The position numbers were made by a program, and so were the translations under genes. Below are positions 1 to 12,904 of a DNA stretch of 64,000 bases, piece by piece. Source of the stretch: Octopus sinensis (taxonomy: Eukaryota); assembly GCF_006345805.1 (NCBI RefSeq), contig NC_043005.1:69192001-69256000 (forward strand), given 5' to 3'. The notes beneath the pieces were generated by a model. The model did not search any database. It had not been told where the DNA came from and saw only the letters and a program-made list of their open reading frames with translations. Each line of letters opens with the position of its first letter. Within the stretch, counting starts at the first letter, position 1.

Positions 1-252
1 TGACATACTCACTACTACGACGGCAGTAAAAATTCAAATCGCCATAATGAAATATATTGCTTCCGAAATTCAATTAAATACTTGAATATATACGGAATAA
101 TTTATACAGTTTAGTATTGATGCACTATAATATAGCGTTTACATTTGATATATTCTCAGAAGCGTTCACACAGACCAACGGTCATATAAATGCAGGTATA
201 TAGACGCACTAGAACACGCTCACCTATACACGCATCAATACAGATATACAAA

Positions 253-310
<58 letters not shown>

Positions 311-1263
311 GGAGAGTATTGTGGTTAGTTTGAAGCATTGTCTATTGCTTGTAAACAATAATAAATAGTAATAACGTGTTTTGAATGGCTCAACAATGCA
401 CTATAATAACCACAATGGACTATAATAACTGGTGTAATTTATTTCAGGAGGAACTGCTTTTACTGTATCAATAATCGCACTGTAATTCGAACACTATTCT
501 TAATCCCATTTATATATATATATATATATATATATTGTAAAGACATTCATACATTAAAATGTAAATTATATATAAATGCATATACATAATACGTGTGGAA
601 TTAATTCAACAGAAAGACCTTCATATGATCATTTGATGACGAGGCATTTAACACTGAATACTTCAACTGAATGCATGCATCGTCTTGGATGCTGGATCTT
701 TGTTTCTGAGTGAAAACTTATACGTAAAGAATAGTTTCCGCTTCAGCAATGATTTATATATCAGAGAATACTTGATGAAAATTAACTCTTGTTCATTTAT
801 TACAGGATCTTTTGTAAATGGGATTAAGAATAGTGTTCGAATTACAGTGCGATTATTGAGACAATAAAAGCAATTCCTTCTGAAATTGAATTACGCGAGG
901 ATAATCAACGAAATAATATTTGTTGTTATTCATGAAATTCGATGTATTGTCTCGTACGTTTGAGGGGTGAATTTAGATTATATTCGCTGTATAAATATGT
1001 GTGTGTGGTATGTATGTCGGTAATGATACATGTATATACAGGTTGGGTTGTTCTGGCTAAATTTGACGATGATTTATGCCTCATTTGTTTCTCAGAGTGT
1101 GCTTGATGTATTGGTGAACAGACACTGGCATTGGAGATCATAAAAATTAAAGCTTTAGTTGAGAAAGCGTTAGCTTACATGGAATATTGGAAAAATAGCT
1201 AAGTTCAGCAAGTTTATTCGCGCCGGAGTCAACGCCAGACACAAGAGCGTGACGAAGATAGAA

Positions 1264-1560
1264 AAGCTTCTGATCAAGTCGAGGCATCCTACTGAGCCGG
1301 GGATTATCTGGTTCTTGTCGGATGAAAGAAACTTCTACCAGAATTGGCAAGTCTCTGTACACGGCATTCAGCTCAGACGGTTATGCAAGAGACTGCATTG
1401 AAAACCTGGTTGGAAAGTGTTGCCACTGGAGGATCATATGTGTGGCAGCAGAATTTAGGTTTTTGCCATACCTACGGATAGTGACCAAAGTGATTGTTGA
1501 AGAATTTCCTCAGCTTCACCTTTGCGAATTTCTGAATTTCTAATTTCCCCGTCTTGTAAT
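1264..1560 (+). pseudogene. Decayed Tc1/mariner transposase fragment (maT/DD37D-like)
   Basis: Translates KLLIKSRHPTEPGIIWFLSDERNFYQ (first catalytic D motif), then after a deletion ALKTWLESVATGGSYVWQQNLGFCHT (QQDSAPCH-like). Same family as 11855-12416. Confidence 0.75.
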
Positions 1561-1664
1561 ATATATATTACCACTAAGTAATACACACTCACATACATAC
1601 ATGCGTACATACATACATGCGTACATACATACATGTGTACATACATACATACATACATACACAT

Positions 1665-1700
<36 letters not shown>

Positions 1701-1701
<1 letters not shown>

Positions 1702-1818
1702 CGACGGGATTCTTTCAGTTTCCGTCTACGAAATTCACGTACAAGGCTTTGGTCGAACCGAGGCTATAGTAGAAAACACGTGCCCAAAAATACACTCAGT
1801 GGGACTGAAGCGGAATCG
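1701..1818 (-). mobile_element. SINE family A fragment (octopus tRNA-derived SINE)
   Basis: Reverse complement matches the body of the copies at 18163 and 31035 (ttcagtcccact...ctactatagcctc...gtagacggaaactgaaagaa). Confidence 0.85.
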
Positions 1819-1907
1819 CCTCTCTCTCTCTCTCTCTCTTATGTATATTCATATATATATTATACATATGTACATATGTTATTATATGTATATATATATA
1901 TGCATGC

Positions 1908-1975
<68 letters not shown>

Positions 1976-2189
1976 TTTAGCAATTAAGGACAGCTTCTTA
2001 ATAAGGAAAACTTAACAAGAAATCGGGTAGATAGCGTGAAAGACCTCATAAGAGAAAATTTTCGATACTTTCGAAAAAATTTCGAAAATATTCTTTTCGA
2101 AATGTTTTCTCTTATGAGGTCTTTCACGCTATCTACCCGATAATTCTTGTTAAGTTTTCCTTATTAAGAAGTTGTCCTTAATTGCTAAA
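1976..2189. repeat. Long fold-back inverted repeat (~90-nt arms, ~30-nt spacer)
   Basis: Left arm tttagcaattaaggacagcttc...agagaaaattttcga pairs with the right arm tcgaaatgttttctctt...gtccttaattgctaaa with only a few mismatches. Confidence 0.95.
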
Positions 2190-2353
2190 TTTTTATTCGA
2201 AAAAACTTCTCCTTTCCCGAAATGCAATTCGTAAAAGTCTGCCATTTACCGGATGTAATATATGTAAACTCAACCATGTGCTTCGTTGATGTTGATCAGT
2301 TAGTTAGCTGCTCGGCTTAGACGAGGTAGGGTCGTTTATATATAATAAGTCCA

Positions 2354-2400
2354 GGCTTGCTGATGAATACAGAGGTATGAAATCACAGGTGATACAAGTC
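2354..2400 (+). ncRNA. Type I hammerhead ribozyme (PLE/retrozyme-like)
   Basis: ggcttg-CTGATGA-atac[agag]gtat-GAAA-tca[cagg]tga-T-A-caagtc: complete core, 4-bp stem II, stem III, AUA cleavage triplet, and 6-bp stem I with one G-U pair. Confidence 0.8.
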
Positions 2401-2526
2401 CATATTTTTAAATGTCTTACTTTGAAAAATTGCATTCGGTGGGATTAGTAAAATGTTTGGTAGAAATGACTAATTTTGTCCCTCTTAGCGTGTGGCATGT
2501 ATGTATAATAATGCCCTCTATATATA

Positions 2527-2559
<33 letters not shown>

Positions 2560-2598
2560 TATAATATATATATATATATATATAATATATATATATAT

Positions 2599-2716
2599 AC
2601 GACGGGATTCTTTCAGTTTCCGTCTACGAAATTCACGTACAAGGCTTTGGTCGAACCGAGGCTATAGTAGAAAACACGTGCCCAAAAATACACTCAGTGG
2701 GACTGAAGCGGAATCG
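2599..2716 (-). mobile_element. SINE family A fragment (duplicate copy)
   Basis: Identical to 1701-1818. Confidence 0.85.
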
Positions 2717-2805
2717 CCTCTCTCTCTCTCTCTCTCTTATGTATATTCATATATATATTATACATATGTACATATGTTATTATATGTATATATATATATG
2801 CATGC

Positions 2806-2873
<68 letters not shown>

Positions 2874-3089
2874 TTTAGCAATTAAGGACAGCTTCTTAAT
2901 AAGGAAAACTTAACAAGAAATCGGGTAGATAGCGTGAAAGACCTCATAAGAGAAAATTTTCGATACTTTCGAAAAAATTTCGAAAATAATTCTTTTCGAA
3001 ATGTTTTCTCTTATGAGGTCTTTCACGCTATCTACCCGATAATTTCTTGTTAAGTTTTCCTTATTAAGAAGTTGTCCTTAATTGCTAAA
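2874..3089. repeat. Long fold-back inverted repeat (duplicate copy)
   Basis: Copy of 1976-2189 with two single-base insertions. Confidence 0.95.
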
Positions 3090-3254
3090 TTTTTATTCCG
3101 AAAAAACTTCTCCTTTCCCGAAATGCAATTCGTAAAAGTCTGCCATTTACCGGATGTAATATATGTAAACTCAACCATGTGCTTCGTTGATGTTGATCAG
3201 TTAGTTAGCTGCTCGGCTTAGACGAGGTAGGGTCGTTTATATATAATAAGTCCA

Positions 3255-3301
3255 GGCTTGCTGATGAATACAGAGGTATGAAATCACAGGTGATACAAGT
3301 C
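3255..3301 (+). ncRNA. Type I hammerhead ribozyme (second copy)
   Basis: Identical to 2354-2400. Confidence 0.8.
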
Positions 3302-4328
3302 CATATTTTTAAATGTCTTACTTTGAAAAATTGCATTCGGTGGGATTAGTAAAATGTTTGGTAGAAATGACTAATTTTGTCCCTCTTAGCGTGTGGCATG
3401 TATGTATAATAATGCCCTCTATATATAAATATATATATATACACACATATATATATATATATATATATATGCATATGTGTTCGAAGCGACCTCTCTTCGA
3501 ACCACATTTATGCACAGAGTCTGTCCATAAAGGTGCATAGCTAAAAATATCTGGCTGCAAATGCAACTTCATATATATTATGCACCATGTTTCGATCGTA
3601 TAAACGATTTATGCTGTATAAATAACTATCATAGTAAAGATTAAAAGGAGAAATATGGAGGTGTTCCAGTCTCCGTATTCTTTGTAATTGTTTTGCATAT
3701 ACACTCGCATCTTCTTTTTTGAAAGTAAGGTCTCAGTTGGTTTAGCTCTTCCCATTCCCTCGTCTTCAGCACTGAGTTAATTTAAATTGTGCATTACTAC
3801 GCGTTTAGTTGTTAGTATAAAACTCTTCTCTAGAGCAGACTGAACTATCTTGGATTGCGGTGTGAGTAAAATGTATGGAAGATTCTCCTACGCTAAATCT
3901 CCTTGACGGGGGTGCACTTGTGAACCACATTGTTTATAATGCAAGAATAAAATAAGATCAGATTCATCTATTTGTAACGCATCTTTAACTACTTCCAATA
4001 ACTGTCGAAGATTCCAAAATTATTTATAAAGACACACTACACATTTTAAGAAGCACCGAATGCTTAACTTCATATACAATCGAAATGATATTAAATCACA
4101 TATAGAGATGGAAATTGTTAAGATTTTACTGAAATTGTGCTGCCGCACACGCCTACAGGCTGGGAGTGAGAGATGAAAACATAAGCATGCATATACCACA
4201 TTAATGAATACATGCATACGGATTGATGTATGCAGGGTCACGTATACATGTAAAAGTACATTTCGAAAACCATACATATGTGGCTGTGGGGTGGGGTGTG
4301 TTTGTAGCATTAAATATTTGCACAGATA

Positions 4329-4379
<51 letters not shown>

Positions 4380-4608
4380 AAGCATATAAGCGTGCTATTA
4401 ATAATCTTAAGTAAGTTATCCAACGGCACCCTCTAGCGAATATTTGGATATTTTCTTCAAAAGATCCGTTAAGGTAGAGAGGTGTGACTTATATCCTGAA
4501 GTGATATTACAAATATTAACTTGTGCCTACAATGATTTCTATATGTCGTTGCGCATGTATCAGAAAAAATTTGATCCTTATACCTAGTTAATTTATCCAC
4601 CTTCGAAA

Positions 4609-4770
4609 GCGGAAAGCTGGCAGAATTGTTGGCGCGCTTGACAAAAGGCTTCACTCCCGTCACTGTGTTCTGATTTTAAATTCAATTTGCTTTTCATTTT
4701 TCGGGGTCGATAAAATAAGCCCCACTAGAGTTGTGTGAACCAGGTAATAGATTAGCCCACTCCTCCGAAC
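4609..4770 (+). mobile_element. SINE family B, degenerate
   Basis: gcggaaagctggcagaattgttgg...tttcggggtcgataaaataag resembles the head and body of the copies at 31774 and 56141. Confidence 0.7.
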
Positions 4771-5029
4771 TTGCTCGTCTTCTACCAAAAGTTGAACGCA
4801 AATTATCCACCTATCTCAAAAGAAACAGGCTTCCCCACTTATTTTAAGTGTCATTTAATCTCACCTATTTCTTCTTCCGAAACGTGAGAATGTTCTGAAC
4901 TTGCAAAACTTCGAATAATATGGATATGGGTCAAACTGCTATTACACATTTATTTTTCCACCTATTTACTACTTGAAATGAGCCAGATCCTCCCTTTGAG
5001 TGTACACTTATCTATCAATCACTCTATGA

Positions 5030-5030
<1 letters not shown>

Positions 5031-5110
<80 letters not shown>

Positions 5111-5119
5111 ACTATATAT

Positions 5120-5187
<68 letters not shown>

Positions 5188-5230
5188 CACTCTATGAATC
5201 TATCTATCTATCTATCTACCTATCTATCTG
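5031..5230. repeat. Compound (TATC)n/(TA)n microsatellite
   Basis: Direct reading. Confidence 0.95.
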
Positions 5231-5388
5231 TCTATCTATGTCGTATATACTTATACTTATCTGCACATGCACACACTCGCATATATATCGTTACACGCCC
5301 AACACACATATATATGGATGTATATCTATCTTTATTTACACTCATTTGCACACCCACACATACCCATATGTCTGTAAGTATATATATA

Positions 5389-5440
<52 letters not shown>

Positions 5441-6045
5441 GTATGAATGTACGCATGTCTACATCTATCTATATATGCACACGTACATTTACTTTGATAT
5501 GTCCCTGTCACGTTGGTGTAATTGAAGGGTGCTCCTTCAAATTAAGTGTCATTTTATTCTCGAAATCCTTAACGCGATCACGCACATGCACATGGAAATG
5601 CATTTTCCCCACCACACGCAACTCCCTCCACAGACGCACACAGACATACACACACTTGCACATCAACACGCACATATATGACCTTCCGCCGGCGTATGTT
5701 TATTTCACAGCTTAAATGTATTAACACGTAAATAATAGAGGCAGCTGTATCATTAATTCGATTAAATTGTAGAGACTGAGTAATTGTTATTATGAATATT
5801 CTTTTGATGTTCGTCACGTCTGGGCGAAGGAAAGTAAAACATGATTTACCATATCCCTATCACATTTCCATTTCACTCACACAATGACACAGCTTCTTTT
5901 TCTGGTTTCATAATTTTCTTTATATTATCTAAATTGTTGTTAGATGTCCAACTACATCGTTTCTGTCGTTTTACTTGTCGCTAATTTTGTTTTAATATTA
6001 TTTTGTATTTTCAATAAGAGATCAATGGATACATATATGCGTAGA

Positions 6046-6121
6046 TACACCTATTATGTATAGAAATATGCAACACATCTTTCTACACCTATTATGTATA
6101 GAAATATGCAACACATCTTTC
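6046..6121. repeat. Perfect 38-bp tandem duplication
   Basis: tacacctattatgtatagaaatatgcaacacatctttc occurs twice in tandem. Confidence 0.95.
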
Positions 6122-6750
6122 TTGTAACAAGAGAAGTGATGCAGCACACCTACGCTGTTCATCACCAAATTAAGTAACAGAAACCATTGCAATAGAAAGG
6201 GGGAAAAGGATCTACATAGAAACATCGACACGAAATAACAAAAATTTAAAATTAAAAACTTATAAATATAAAAATGACCACACCTAGAATTATATATATA
6301 GGACTTACTCAATCAGATAAACTAAATATTACTAACTAACGAATAAACTTATCAACACCCGGATTAACTTGCTCAGTCTCCTAATGGATATCAATGCATT
6401 TTCCACACCCGTACACCATGATCTTTAACTTTTTCGGTATCAAATGGCCTTCGAAATAAAAATCTAACGCCATCTGGGGAGATATAAACCTATTAGTTTG
6501 CACCATGATCATAATTATATACTTAACTACATATAACCCGATTTTATTGTTACACAAATTTCAATCACACCAATTTCAAAATCTATAATCACTTCAGTCA
6601 AACAAAATTAAATAAGTATAAAGCGATATCAGGAAATCCCTCTCCTCCCCAAAAGAAACAATGAAGAACAAGCACAAGAGATAAACAACAACGCAAGGAT
6701 GTGATACATGCAAAGTATTAGCAGACGCTCAGGAAAAGAAAGAAAGGAAG

Positions 6751-6785
6751 CTTTACGTTTTGAGCAAAGCTCTCCGACAAGCAGG
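6751..6785 (-). ncRNA. Decayed minimal hammerhead relic (PLE terminal-repeat-like)
   Basis: Minus strand reads ttgtcgga-gagc[ttt]gctc-aaaacgta. Stem II is intact, while the CUGANGA and GAAACGUA cores carry substitutions. Confidence 0.4.
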
Positions 6786-6953
6786 AGACGGAAGAAAAAA
6801 ATCGCCAACAATCCACATGTGGTTACATTACACACGCGCCTACATGTAGTATATCTTTTATGTCTTACCACTTCCAGTCATTAGACTACGGCCATGCTGG
6901 GGCACTGCCCTGAAGGATGTCCAGTGGAATATATATATATATATATACTTATA

Positions 6954-8289
6954 CACTGCGTTACAAATAATTAGGCATATCAACCTTCTGTCAATAAATA
7001 AATGTGTATTAGTTCAAAACCACTTGTTTTCCTGCTGACTATTGGCAATAACTATATGCACATATTCTGTCAAAATAAATCGAATCTGCTCAAAGGAAAA
7101 CAAATGCCCATTATCCGGTTGCAGCAACATTTTTGCTGTCCCAAATTTTAGGCAGATACCCAACCTAAGTGTCATTATGGGACAGAAACGCGATGTTAAC
7201 TCGAATAAGATATCTACCATCGTGTCAGAACTGGGAAAATGAAATGCTATCATAGAAATATAAAAAATACTGGGAAAAGATAATTTAACAGCGAGGAAAT
7301 TTGTGCAGTCTCCTATTTCTTTTAGGTCAAGGGTTGCTTCGAATTGTACTTTGTCACGTGTAAAGAGGGATGTTGTGCGGAACCAATGTCTGACAAGTAC
7401 AGAAATCTTCAAACATTGTAGCAGGGAAAACGAATCGAAATTTCCCAGGCATCGCCTCTTGAAGCAGGTAGCCAGGAGTGTTAAACCTGTTACGAGCCCC
7501 CCCCCCCCCACTGGAGCCTGTTCATAAGCAAAAGTGAGAAAAATTTTTCAACAGTTCTGTTCACTGACGTATGCCGTGCTACCCTTGGTGGACCAGATTG
7601 CAGGAGTAAATTTTGGACATCCATCACCGGGACCCGTCCTCATCGTTTGAGACGCCAACAGTCGGAAGAAAGCGTCATGCTTTGGGCTGGCATCATTGAT
7701 GGTCAGGCCATGGAAAGTCCCAGCTGGCATTACGATGATATCGGAATCATATGTTCTCTTCTTAAAAAGCAATTTCCAACCTTTGTTCAAAACGTAAAAT
7801 CCTTCAATCAAGAGAATTCTGGTCTTCATGCAATATAATGCTGCCCCGCGTCAAGGAATAGCTGCAGCAAATAGACTTTTCTGGAAGTCGTTTGATAGAG
7901 TAGTCACCTTGTTCCTCTGACTTAAACCCGATTGTGGAATGTTCTGAAGACGTGCGTTTACCAAGTTGGACAGAAATTTGCAAGTAAAGTTACCTTCTGT
8001 GATGCTATTGTAGACGCTGTCCACAGCATGAGCCAAGAAGGTAACGTCACTGAAAAATTCAATGGAACAGTACGTTAGGAATGTTATTGCCTGATGAGCA
8101 TCATGCTTCAAACATTAGGAGTTGTATGACACCATAACCTGATGAGCATTTTCATCCAAACGTATTATTATGTTTACCATGAAGTCCTTTATGAAAATTT
8201 TGTTGCTAAACTTTACTGGTGAATTAAATAAATGTTTATTTTGACACTACCATCATTTCATTAGACTTGCCTAATAATTTGTGACAGTG
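6954..8289 (+). mobile_element. Full-length decayed Tc1-like DNA transposon (~1.34 kb)
   Basis: Imperfect TIRs: left TA|cactgcgttacaaataattaggca, right end reverse complement cactgtcacaaattattaggca. Contains an internal transposase relic. Confidence 0.85.
7177..8118 (+). pseudogene. Tc1 transposase pseudogene
   Basis: MGQKRDVNSNKISTIVSELGK..., FSTVLFTD, RRQQSEESVMLWAGIIDG, MQYNAAPR (QDNAP motif, D mutated to Y), SDLNPIVE; multiple stops and frameshifts. Confidence 0.9.
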
Positions 8290-8484
8290 AAAATATTGCC
8301 CAATGGCAAAAATGGGTGCCATTTGTTGTTGTTTGCGTAAACCCGATTTATTTTAACAGGATGTGCTCAGATATGTATTGCCAACAGTCAACGAAAAAAC
8401 AACTGGTATTGAACGAATATACATTTCTTTATGGAGAGAAGGTTGATTTGCCAAATAATATGCGACGCAGGTTGTGTGAGTGCA

Positions 8485-8549
<65 letters not shown>

Positions 8550-9707
8550 TATATGCATCCACACACCCAGACCACTACACACGCACACAGATTCATAGAT
8601 CAGACGGAAAGCGTCTCTCCATCCGCTTTATTTGAAATAACAGCCTAGTACAACTAAAGTCTTATTCCCGTATCATCAAAAAGGTCATCGCATTATAGTT
8701 CGTAGTATTAACAAATAGAGCTGACGATCTGATCTAGCAAACTAGCAATGAGATTAAAATGCACCCTAAGCATTATCGCCACCGTCATCATCATCGTCAT
8801 CAACTTTTTGTTATAGTTTTCACACATGGACGTGCTGGTAACTTATACATGAACATGAAACGCATATGCAGGCGGAGCGCGTATGACAGTGAAATTAAGT
8901 GGACATCCAGATCGATGACTGATGACCATCATTTTAATATTAGCATTAACCATTTATCAGTATAAGCATGGATCACCTATCAGTAATTTAATTCATCTCA
9001 CTTGAAATGACTTGTACACAATTTTTTCTTCGATCGATAGCTGTGACAAAATGCCCTTACACCATCTATCAATACTTTGAGAACTTTTATCATTATCCAA
9101 TGCCTTTTAAATTATACCATTAACAAGAAAATAAAGGGGTTTTGAAATGCAAGTAAAAGAATTCGATGGGTGCTTCGGGTATTAATTCTTAACAACAGTA
9201 AATCCATTAGCAATTGCGTAGAATTTTATTCTTCTCTGAAGTTATATTTTTCAATACTGATAGAAGAAGTGGGTGGTTTGTTGCTTTCCGAGAAGCTTTT
9301 AACAATTTTATTTGAATACAAACTAGAAGGGAAAATAATTCTGACGCTATACTGTTGGGAATGTGATGTTCGTGTCATTAAAATTTGCTTGGTATTAAAT
9401 GTTGTCAGGTAATTCTTTCGTTTGTCATGAACATCGCAATCAATTTTGCAGGTGGATCACGTTCGACTGGTAATTCCTTCAGAGAAATTATAATTTTAAC
9501 AAAGTACATAAACCCATGCAGATACACACGAATATGCGTATATAAATAGTTGCTTCTGGACGAGCACAATGCATCCACTAACACATAAAACACACATGTA
9601 CATGGGCAGGTAAGCATATACGTAGCGGTAAATGCATGTTACATGTCTTCGAACAACCGCAAACTAACAAATACACATACACACACACATATATATATAT
9701 TATGTAT

Positions 9708-10580
<873 letters not shown>

Positions 10581-10591
10581 TGTGTAGCAAA

Positions 10592-10979
10592 TCTCTTATA
10601 TAAAGCTGATGTTGTCTGTGTGTGGCAGGTTTGGTAGCCTTCAACTAATACTATCTCCTTCGAGACCCTGCAGCGCAATTTGACCAAATATGAGAGTATG
10701 ATAGAAGAATGCTTGCTATTCATTCTGTAGAAGATAAAATTCAAATCGGACCATGCTAACACCAAACATTATTTATATCAAAAAGGTGTTTCTTTTCTAT
10801 GAAAAATCATATTTTTTACGATTTGTCACTACTGTGTTACCATTTTCCAGTGTATTTCAACTGAAAAAATGTTCACTTTAAGAGAATAAGAAGTTGCATA
10901 ATGCCAAATTTTTACTTTTCAAAAATTCCAATTCTAAAGGGTCGAAACAAAGCCAAGCAACACCGGGTGATACTTCTAG
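10592..10979 (+). mobile_element. Non-autonomous Helitron (388 bp)
   Basis: Starts A|TCTCTTATATAAAGCTGA and ends gcaacaccgggtgatacttCTAG|T: canonical TC...CTAG termini at an A|T target with no TSD. Confidence 0.8.
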
Positions 10980-11100
<121 letters not shown>

Positions 11101-11377
11101 ATGTATATAGATACATAGATAGGTAGATATCAAAACAGAAAGAGAGACAGACAGATAGAGAGAAAGAGACAGGGACAAAGACAGAAGGATCCCATTTTAA
11201 GTGGGTTGTGTGTGAAATGTGGAATTCGTCCTTCTATATTTCCACCTGGTCAAGCTTCTACAGCTATTTGCAAAATTGTTTCTTACTTGCCTTAAACCAC
11301 ATCACTGAGCCGGGTTAGGTACATGATCTACAATTTGCAGTACCATGTTTTAATGAATAGCTATATAGGAAATATTA

Positions 11378-11584
11378 GTTTCAAATTTTGGCCCAAGGCC
11401 AGAAATTTTAGAGATGTGATTAGCTAATTACACCCCCCAGTGCACAACTGGCACTTCTTTTATTGATCTCAACCTGATGAAAGGCAAAGTCTACCCCGGC
11501 GGTATTTGAACTCAGAGCGTAAAGACGGCCAAAAAGCTACTAAGCAATTCGCCCGTCGTGATAACGATCCTGCCAGCTTACCGC
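11378..11584 (-). mobile_element. SINE family B
   Basis: Reverse complement reads gcggtaagctggcaggatcgttatc...ctgagttcaaataccgccggggtagactttgcctttcatc. Confidence 0.85.
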
Positions 11585-11854
11585 GTTGCAGCATTGGAAA
11601 TATTAAAAACGCTCAAGAGTTCGATAGGAATTGTGGAAACTACCTGTGGTATATACTTGTAAATGAGGCACAGTACCTAAAATGTGATATCAACGAAAGT
11701 AGCTGTTGCCTTGTATAGTAGCGTATCGTACACTAATACAGCATATTACGCTAAATGTGACAGATTGCTTAAAACGTAAGCAAAACAAAATAACTGAACC
11801 AAAATTAAATTAATTTAAAACATCAAAACGTTTAAACTTGATAGATAGCAGTTA

Positions 11855-12416
11855 ACTCAAACTAGCTGCCTTCAGCTTCCACCACTGCCTCAAAACGGCT
11901 CCGGAAACGGCTATATAAATTCTACACTGTTTCAATGATTACATCTTGCAATACCAACTTAATCTTGGTCACCAGCGTGGCATTCCCGTAGTAGGCAGAA
12001 TGGTTGGCGCCTTTCGCAACCGCAATAGAGCCGTAGTAATCCATTGGATTACAACCGAAGAAAACAGAAGGCCAGAAATCGAAACTCGTGTAGTCGAAGA
12101 AATATTCCAACAGCCGCTTCTGACACTTCTCAGACGTATGGCAAGAAGTCTACACTTTACTGCCACACGTATGGCGTTCAGGCAGCAACGATCTCGGGCC
12201 AGTGTTTGACTAGACCCCCAAAAGCTTCACATAGGCATCTGAACTGAGCTAGGTTCAACGTTATGGGGCGGAATGACATCACCCTGACGGGAGACACACC
12301 TAGGGTCCATCCTTCCTCCTGACCATGGCTTCTTGGTCTCTGTTGTAGGTATTGCACCCTTTACCGTATTCACAAAGCATTGAACACCAGTTGTGATGTC
12401 AGCAGTTGATACTCAG
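11855..12416 (-). pseudogene. Internally deleted maT/DD37D-like transposase relic
   Basis: GDVIPPH...PYVWQ...CHTSEKCQKRLLEYFFDYTSFDFWPSVFFGCNPMDYY...RFRSRFEAVVEAEG. The D37D spacing is inferred after repairing a frameshift. Confidence 0.85.
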
Positions 12417-12468
12417 AGTGAATTAGCACGAAAAAGTTAACTCTCTTTTCAATATCTAAATGGTTTAA

Positions 12469-12882
12469 GGTGGTGAGCTGGCAGAATCGTTAACACGCCG
12501 GAAGAAACGCTTAGCGGTATTTCGTCTGCCGCTACGTTCTGAGTTAAAATTCCTCCGAGGTCCACTTTGCCTTTCACCCTTTCGCGGTCGATTAAATAAG
12601 TACCAGTTACGCACTGGGGTCGATATAATCGACTTAATCCGTTCGTCTATCCTTGTTTGTCCTCTGTGTTTAGACCCTTATTGGTAGTAAAGAAATAGGT
12701 ATTTCGTCTGCTGCTACGTTCTGAGTTCAAATTCCGCTTCGGTCGAATTTGCGTTTCATCCTTTGGGTAGGGGGTCGATTAAATATGTACCAGTTGTGCA
12801 CTTGGGTCGATATAATCGACTTAATCCTTTTGTCTGTCCTTGTTTGCCCCCCCTATGTTTAGCTCCCTGTGGGCAATAAAGA
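12469..12882 (+). mobile_element. SINE family B, dimeric form
   Basis: Head ggtggtgagctggcagaatcgttaac; the body is repeated from ggtatttcgtctgc at ~12697. Same architecture as 56141-56561. Confidence 0.9.
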
Positions 12883-12904
12883 CATACACATTTAAATGGT
12901 CTAA

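Larger units (their letters stand above)
1701..3421. repeat. Near-perfect ~900-bp tandem duplication (1701-2520 vs 2599-3421)
   Basis: Offset is 898 at the start and 901 at the end. By eye the copies differ only by three single-base insertions, and the junctions lie in (TA)n(CA)n(TA)n tracts. Confidence 0.95.

Noticed and set aside
3471-3513. Imperfect hairpin gcatatgtgttcgaag...cttcgaaccacatttatgc as a possible pre-miRNA
   Set aside because: Too short, with bulges, and no recognisable mature miRNA.
8090-8149. Two CTGATGA motifs (cctgatgagcat twice) as hammerhead cores
   Set aside because: No GAAA after a stem II and no stems I or III; it is a local repeat in the Tc1 3' region.
8360-8441. 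Exon-like segment DVLRYVLPTVNEKTTGIERIYISLWRE
   Set aside because: The acceptor is plausible, but the donor (gttgat) is weak and no homology is recognised.
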